This document shows positions 24,174 to 29,312 of a stretch of DNA of 29,312 nt, in pieces; the stretch's first letter is position 1, and every line of letters begins with the position of its first letter. The notes beneath the pieces are model-generated. The model was not told the origin of the DNA, made no database searches, and worked only from the letters and a program-made list of their open reading frames with translations. This stretch comes from a virus. Its lineage: Duplodnaviria; Caudoviricetes. The DNA lies in IMG/VR virus record IMGVR_UViG_3300038674_000085, positions 1 to 29,312 of that record; one strand, given 5' to 3'. The position numbers and the translations under genes were made by a program.

Positions 24174-25562
24174 ATGACATATGAAGAATTTCTTGAAAGC
24201 AAGAAAATAAAGATAACGCCAACAGGATTTAATCCGGTATTTATGCCGGATATTTTATTTGACTGGCAAAAAGATGTAGTAACAGTTGCAATTAAAAAGG
24301 GCAAGTTTTGTCTGTTCACTGATACTGGCACCGGCAAATCTTTCATGCAGGTTACATTTGCGGAAAACATTCACAGATACACAAATAAACCTGTTTTAAT
24401 ACTTGCTCCGCTCGCCGTAACTGAGCAGACGAAAGAAGAAGGCGCTAAGCTGGGTATATCAGTAAATGTTTGCAGAACTCAAAACGATGTTGTGAACGGC
24501 GTAAACATTACCAATTATGATATGTTAGATCATTTTGAACCGTCTGAGTTTGCTGGAATTGTTCTTGATGAAAGCTCAATATTGAAACACTTTACTTCAA
24601 AGACAAGGACGCAAATCATAGAATCATTCTCCAACACGCAATATAAACTAGCTTGCTCCGCTACACCGTCACCAAACGACTACATGGAGCTTGGTAATCA
24701 TGCCGAATTTATGGGCGTTATGACCAGAACAGAAATGCTATCAACCTTCTTCTACCATGACGGTGGCGAAACGTCGAAATGGATATTAAAAGGTCATGCA
24801 GAAGATCGTTTTTGGGAATGGATATCTGAATGGGCGATAGCAATTAGAAAACCGTCTGAGATTGGTTATTCAGACGATGGTTACAATCTACCACCGCTAA
24901 ACATTGAGGAAATCATAGTTGAATCTGAAAATGGCATAACCGAAGATGGACAGTTTATGTTAGTACCTCAATTAGCCTCAACGTTGACGGAAAGAAGAAA
25001 CGCAAGGCGTGATAGTTTGGAAGATCGTTGCAAAACTGCTGCCGGACTTATGGCAAACGCTCCTGACGATCAATGGTTGTTTTGGTGTGATCTCAATGTC
25101 GAATCGGAAATGCTAACTAAATTGACCGACGGCACTGAGGTTAAGGGGTCAGATAATCGTGAGTACAAGTCTAAATCACTTTTAGGATTTTCGCATGGCG
25201 AAGTTAAAACGTTAATCAGCAAGCCATCGATAGCAGGATTTGGCATGAATTGGCAAAATTGCCATAACATGGTTTTTGTCGGATTGTCAGACAGCTATGA
25301 GAGTATGTATCAGGCTATCAGGCGTTGTTATAGGTTTGGGCAGAAAAAGCCAGTAAACGTCTACATTATTACGTCAGAAGCGGAAGGTGCAGTCAGAGAA
25401 AACATAGCAAGAAAAGAGCTGCAAACCGATGAAGTTTTTTCACAATTATCTAAATATTCCAGGGCAACAATAGAAAAAGAGGTCAGACAAACTTATCGGC
25501 AGACCGATGATTATAACGCGGTCATAAAGATGGAGGTGCCTAAGTGGTTGAAATCGGCGTAA
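24174..25562 (+). CDS. SF2 (SNF2-like) helicase
   Basis: DTGTGKS, LDESS, SATPSPND, GMNWQ and QAIRRCYRFGQ motifs. Confidence 0.9.
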   Translation: MTYEEFLESKKIKITPTGFNPVFMPDILFDWQKDVVTVAIKKGKFCLFTDTGTGKSFMQVTFAENIHRYTNKPVLILAPLAVTEQTKEEGAKLGISVNVCRTQNDVVNGVNITNYDMLDHFEPSEFAGIVLDESSILKHFTSKTRTQIIESFSNTQYKLACSATPSPNDYMELGNHAEFMGVMTRTEMLSTFFYHDGGETSKWILKGHAEDRFWEWISEWAIAIRKPSEIGYSDDGYNLPPLNIEEIIVESENGITEDGQFMLVPQLASTLTERRNARRDSLEDRCKTAAGLMANAPDDQWLFWCDLNVESEMLTKLTDGTEVKGSDNREYKSKSLLGFSHGEVKTLISKPSIAGFGMNWQNCHNMVFVGLSDSYESMYQAIRRCYRFGQKKPVNVYIITSEAEGAVRENIARKELQTDEVFSQLSKYSRATIEKEVRQTYRQTDDYNAVIKMEVPKWLKSA

Positions 25563-26437
25563 AAGATCAATTTATTCATGATAGATTTGCAATTTATAAC
25601 GGAGATTCTACTGAGGTGTTACAAGGAATCCCTGACAATTCTATTCACTTTTCAGTGACATCAATTCCTTTTGCAAGTTTATATACATATTCCAATTCTG
25701 AGCGGGATCTTGGTAATTCGAAGAACTATGAAGAATTCAAAAAACATTTTGAGTTTTTAGTAAAAGAATGGGTCAGGGTAATGATGCCAGGCAGACTTAT
25801 TTCAATTCACTGTATGAACTTGCCTACATCAAAAGAGCGTGACGGTCGAATAGGCCTGAGAGATTTTCGAGGTGACATAATACGCCTGCTCGAAGATTGC
25901 GGCATGATTTATCATTCTGAGGTTGTCATTTGGAAAGACCCGGTTATTGCTATGCAAAGAACAAAAGCGTTAGGACTTTTGCACAAACAAATCAAAAAGG
26001 ATTCCGGCAGATGCAGACAAGGAATACCTGATTACTTGGTCACTTTCAGAAAGCCCGGCGATAATCCTGAGCCAATCACGCATACGAATGAAACTTTTCC
26101 GGTATCAATGTGGCAAGAGTACGCAAGCCCTATATGGACTGACATCAATCCATCTGACACGCTCCAATATCGATCTGTTAGAGAGGATAAGGACGAGCGA
26201 CATATATGTCCGCTACAGCTAACGGTAATCAGGCGAGCAATTGAATTATGGAGCAATCCCAATGATGTTGTATTAGACCCTTTTGTTGGCATTGGTTCTG
26301 TTGGCTATGTGGCTCTTGAAGAAGGTCGGCGGCATTTAGGTATAGAGTTAAAAGACAGTTATTTTAAGCAGGCGGTTGCTAATTGCAAGGTTGTTATTGA
26401 TAGGCCAAGCCAAATGGGAATAGGAGAGTTGTTATGA
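25544..26437 (+). CDS. DNA amino-methyltransferase (N4-C/N6-A, beta class)
   Basis: Motif IV TSIPF near the N-terminus; HICPLQ; motif I VLDPFVGIGS near the C-terminus. Confidence 0.88.
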   Translation: MVEIGVKDQFIHDRFAIYNGDSTEVLQGIPDNSIHFSVTSIPFASLYTYSNSERDLGNSKNYEEFKKHFEFLVKEWVRVMMPGRLISIHCMNLPTSKERDGRIGLRDFRGDIIRLLEDCGMIYHSEVVIWKDPVIAMQRTKALGLLHKQIKKDSGRCRQGIPDYLVTFRKPGDNPEPITHTNETFPVSMWQEYASPIWTDINPSDTLQYRSVREDKDERHICPLQLTVIRRAIELWSNPNDVVLDPFVGIGSVGYVALEEGRRHLGIELKDSYFKQAVANCKVVIDRPSQMGIGELL

Positions 26438-26811
26438 ACACAAAACAACGATGCTTTATTTCAGGTAAAATAACCGGTCAACCGTTCTATAAGATCAAGT
26501 TTGCCATAGCGTATATAAGGTTATGGCTTGCAGGTTATCAGCCTGTATCGCCGACTATATTCCCTAAAGGCTGGCAGCATGAAGATTACATCCATGTATG
26601 CAAGGCATTGATCGATACCTGTGATGCAGTTTATTTCTTAAAAGACTGGAAATATTCTAAAGGCGCTCGTATTGAGTGGGAATATGCACTAAGTCTTATA
26701 AGGGTAGATATGATTATTCAAGGTATGCCCTGCTCAACGGAATACTTGAGATTAAAAACAAAGAAACGGTTAGGGCTAAAAACTAAAAGCGGAGGTATAA
26801 CAACAACATGA
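26434..26811 (+). CDS. DUF4406 / nucleoside deoxyribosyltransferase-like protein
   Basis: FISGKITG...CDAVYFLKDWKYSKGARIEWEYA. Confidence 0.85.
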   Translation: MNTKQRCFISGKITGQPFYKIKFAIAYIRLWLAGYQPVSPTIFPKGWQHEDYIHVCKALIDTCDAVYFLKDWKYSKGARIEWEYALSLIRVDMIIQGMPCSTEYLRLKTKKRLGLKTKSGGITTT

Positions 26812-27143
26812 CAATATTAGGTGATAACAAGTTGGTTAAAGTTTTAAGAAACAAGTCAAACGCTGACATACCAATAGTATGCAAGATTAACAATGATGTT
26901 TTCGTCGATAGCAGCGTTAGTCATTCGCTAGGTGATGTAGTTGACGCTTATATCGATAAAATGGCATACAGCGACCGCTTAGATTTAGGTGAGGAATACG
27001 CAGATCATGTATGCGTATTGCAAAGTGATGAAAAGGCTTTTACGAGTTTTTATGAGCGTAGCGAACTGGATTTTGATGCTGCTGAGCGAGAGTGGGAAAA
27101 TCAAGACTGGTCAAAAGTAATAGTTATCGAAGTGGAGGCATAA
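26808..27143 (+). CDS. Hypothetical protein
   Basis: GGAGG RBS; ATGA overlap; acidic, 111 aa. Confidence 0.7.
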   Translation: MTILGDNKLVKVLRNKSNADIPIVCKINNDVFVDSSVSHSLGDVVDAYIDKMAYSDRLDLGEEYADHVCVLQSDEKAFTSFYERSELDFDAAEREWENQDWSKVIVIEVEA

Positions 27144-27149
27144 AGGCGA

Positions 27150-27485
27150 GTGAATCTAAAAATTGACAAGATAGATAAAGAAACCAGAAAACAGATTGTT
27201 AAAAAATATGTAGATGATAAATTGTCGCTCAAGCAGGTGGGCGACTTTTTTAATGTTTCTGCATACCTGGTTAAGACTGTTTTGCTCTCAGAGGGCAAGG
27301 AAGTTAGAACATCTGCTGAAACTTGCAAGATCAATATAAAACCTATTCCAGAAGATTGGCTGGATATGGCAAGGTTGCAAAAGCAAGGATTGAGCTATGA
27401 GAAAATAGCAAACTCACATTATTGCTCAGTAACCTGCGTCAAAACAAGGCTTAGAAAAATAAGAGAGAGAGGGATAAAGGTATGA
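27150..27485 (+). CDS. Tandem HTH DNA-binding protein
   Basis: LSLKQVGDFFNVSAYLVKTVL and LSYEKIANSHYCSVTCVKTRL. Confidence 0.75.
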   Translation: MNLKIDKIDKETRKQIVKKYVDDKLSLKQVGDFFNVSAYLVKTVLLSEGKEVRTSAETCKINIKPIPEDWLDMARLQKQGLSYEKIANSHYCSVTCVKTRLRKIRERGIKV

Positions 27486-27640
27486 ACGCATTAGAAATTT
27501 TAGGCTTGCTGTTTATTGCTATTGGTTTTCTAACCGTTCCGACTGTTCTGATGATAATGATGATTGATTATCTGAACACTAAGTCTAATTATTATCGAGA
27601 TTTGGCGGCAAGGCTGAGGAAAAGAGGTGTTAGTAAATGA
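27482..27640 (+). CDS. Small single-pass membrane protein (not in ORF track)
   Basis: ATGA overlaps at both ends; MNALEILGLLFIAIGFLTVPTVLMIMMIDYLNTKSNYYRDLAARLRKRGVSK. Confidence 0.7.
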   Translation: MNALEILGLLFIAIGFLTVPTVLMIMMIDYLNTKSNYYRDLAARLRKRGVSK

Positions 27641-27945
27641 CACTAAAAGCATTGAAAGAATTGAGAGAATCGGTTGAGGTTGGATTGTACGACGATGAAG
27701 CATTGTTGAAACTAATCGACGAGCAGATACGCATGAAAGAGAACAGCTCATACGTGAAACTTGCTAAATGTCCTAAATGTGGGAGAAAGCCAAACAAAGG
27801 GTATGAGGTCGGGTTAAGGCGTTCATTTTCTGGGAATGTAATTCATTGTTGCGGAATCAGGACTGTTAGATATAAGCGAGAGCGTGACGCAAGAATCGCA
27901 TGGAATCGAATAGTAGAGGAGAGGAATAATGAGCAAATCAACTGA
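27637..27945 (+). CDS. Zn-finger protein, Lar (restriction alleviation)-like C-terminus
   Basis: LAKCPKCGRKP...IHCCG...ARIAWNR. Confidence 0.6.
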   Translation: MTLKALKELRESVEVGLYDDEALLKLIDEQIRMKENSSYVKLAKCPKCGRKPNKGYEVGLRRSFSGNVIHCCGIRTVRYKRERDARIAWNRIVEERNNEQIN

Positions 27946-28132
27946 AGTGGTTAAATATCTGGGATTAGTTAAAACGGAAAACGGATATGCTTGTGAGAAA
28001 TGCAAGGGTATAAAGTTTAGACAATCAATTCATCTGGACTATGCAGATCGAGCAGAAACGCATTATGTTTGCCAGAGTTGCGGGAATGTTGTTTGTGTAG
28101 CTGTTCCAAGAGAGCAAGAGTGGGGTGAGTAA
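27929..28132 (+). CDS. Small Zn-ribbon protein
   Basis: CEKC...CQSC; GAGG RBS. Confidence 0.7.
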   Translation: MSKSTEVVKYLGLVKTENGYACEKCKGIKFRQSIHLDYADRAETHYVCQSCGNVVCVAVPREQEWGE

Positions 28133-28133
28133 A

Positions 28134-28318
28134 ATGACCGGCATATGGTGTAAAAACAGATGCTTGGGCGCGTTTGAGAATCAGGCGAAAGCCACGCAGA
28201 CTGGATACGAGAGATAAACGCTGCCGGTGAAACTGAGTGGACCTGCAGCAAGTGTAATCAAAGGGGTGTCAGCAAGGTGCTACATGCCGATTATGAACTG
28301 GAGGTAAAAAAGACATGA
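28134..28318 (+). pseudogene. Frameshifted small Zn-ribbon gene
   Basis: MTGIWCKNRCLGAF in one frame continues as ESGESHADWIRE...WTCSKC...EVKKT in the -1 frame, ending in an ATGA overlap with the next gene. Confidence 0.55.
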
Positions 28319-28884
28319 AATTATCAATGACAACCGAAGAAATTAAGTCCAGATACAAATCAATGAAGCCGACTCAAGATCGCTTACAGATTCTGGCTGA
28401 CCTGAACGGCTGCGAGAAGAAAACGATTCAGGCGGTGCTTGACGGACAGGAACCGGACAAGCCGACGCCAGCGCAGGAAGGCCGAAAAAGGTACACGACT
28501 TGGACTAAAGCGGAGGAGGAAAGCTTGATAAAAATGGTCAAGATCGGATTTTCGCCAAAAGAAGCATCACAGAAGCTCGGCAGGTCGTCGCAGGGCACGA
28601 TCCAGAAAGCCGACAAGCTCGGCCATCCGTTCAAAGTCAGGAGAGGGCCGAAGGGGAACTGCGCTGCTGGCGTGTGTACTGTGCCGAAGATTGGCGAGGT
28701 TGTTCCGGCGGTGGGCGAAGTTTTAATTGGCAAGCCTGAACCAGACTACGCCGAAACCGTCAGAGCGATCACCGACCAGCTGAACCAGATAATCCAGTAC
28801 GCCGACAATCTGCGGCAGGAAAACGACCGGCTGACAAGGCAGTTGGCGGCGGTCAGGAAGGCGGTGACGAATGAAGTTAGGTAG
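28315..28884 (+). CDS. HTH/Myb-like DNA-binding protein with C-terminal coiled coil
   Basis: LQILADLNGC and WTKAEEESLIKM...EASQKLGRS; GGAGG RBS. Confidence 0.7.
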   Translation: MKLSMTTEEIKSRYKSMKPTQDRLQILADLNGCEKKTIQAVLDGQEPDKPTPAQEGRKRYTTWTKAEEESLIKMVKIGFSPKEASQKLGRSSQGTIQKADKLGHPFKVRRGPKGNCAAGVCTVPKIGEVVPAVGEVLIGKPEPDYAETVRAITDQLNQIIQYADNLRQENDRLTRQLAAVRKAVTNEVR

Positions 28885-29312
28885 TTTATTCGATGGCATA
28901 GGTGGTTCGCTTTTATCTGCTACGATGTGCGGTCTTGAGCCTGTGTGGGCGAGTGAAATAGAAGCGTTCCCAATTAAGGTGACAAAACACCATTTCCCCA
29001 ATGTCAAACATCTTGGCGATATTACAAAAATCAAAGGTGATGAGATTGAGCCAGTAGACATCATTGTTGGTGGTTCGCCTTGCCAAGATTTGAGTGTGGC
29101 AGGGAAGAGAGCTGGCATGAAGCACGCAGAACTTGGTGATGAAGAAACAACGAGAAGTGGTCTGTTTATGGAACAGATACGAATAGTAAAGGAGATGCGA
29201 AATGCAACAAATAAGCCTCGATACATGGTCTGGGAAAACGTACCAGGAGCATTCTCAAGCAACAACGGAGAGGACTTCCGGGCAGTCCTCGAAGAAACGG
29301 CGAGAGTGCCGA
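28871..29312 (+). CDS. C5-cytosine DNA methyltransferase (partial, runs off the window; not in ORF track)
   Basis: MKLGSLFDGIGG (motif I), GGSPCQDLSVAG (IV), RSGLF and WENVPG (VI). Confidence 0.93.
   Translation, partial: MKLGSLFDGIGGSLLSATMCGLEPVWASEIEAFPIKVTKHHFPNVKHLGDITKIKGDEIEPVDIIVGGSPCQDLSVAGKRAGMKHAELGDEETTRSGLFMEQIRIVKEMRNATNKPRYMVWENVPGAFSSNNGEDFRAVLEETARVP

Noticed and set aside
28723-29265. Minus-strand 180-aa ORF and the other antisense or alternate-frame ORFs in the track
   Set aside because: They are shadows of well-supported + strand genes (here the C5 MTase), with no RBS or motifs. Only 13554-13910 is a credible exception.
388-29312. Genome-wide stop-codon reassignment
   Set aside because: Genes are full length in the standard code, TAA, TAG and TGA all serve as real stops, and neither tRNA is a suppressor.

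Overview
The window is a contiguous piece of a long-tailed (siphovirus-type) phage genome. Gene families and AGGAGG/GAGGTG ribosome-binding sites suggest a Firmicutes host, probably Clostridia (inference). Almost all genes are on the + strand. The order is: two tRNA genes in a hairpin/pseudoknot-rich stretch; head genes (gp7-like minor head, GP20 scaffold, decoration protein, major capsid); neck and tail genes (tail chaperone with a -1 frameshift, tape measure, Dit, Tal-like protein, tail fibre); lysis genes (two membrane proteins and an amidase endolysin); a ~690-bp non-coding control region; then early, recombination, replication and DNA-modification genes (HTH_17, Nmad1, PD-(D/E)XK nuclease, 3D protein, RecT, initiator with internal iterons, DnaB, SNF2-like helicase, N4/N6 MTase, DUF4406, partial C5 MTase). 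The main finding is an apparently invertible tail-fibre tip cassette at 13233-13905. An 18-bp inverted repeat joins one fibre N-terminus in frame to either of two unrelated tip domains, yet no site-specific recombinase is encoded in the window. Other notable points: no integrase or repressor where the lysogeny module normally sits, a long structured leader in its place, non-canonical tRNAs, three compact pseudoknots, and initiator and helicase genes in the same frame separated by one TGA. All family assignments come from recognising motifs by eye, not from database searches.
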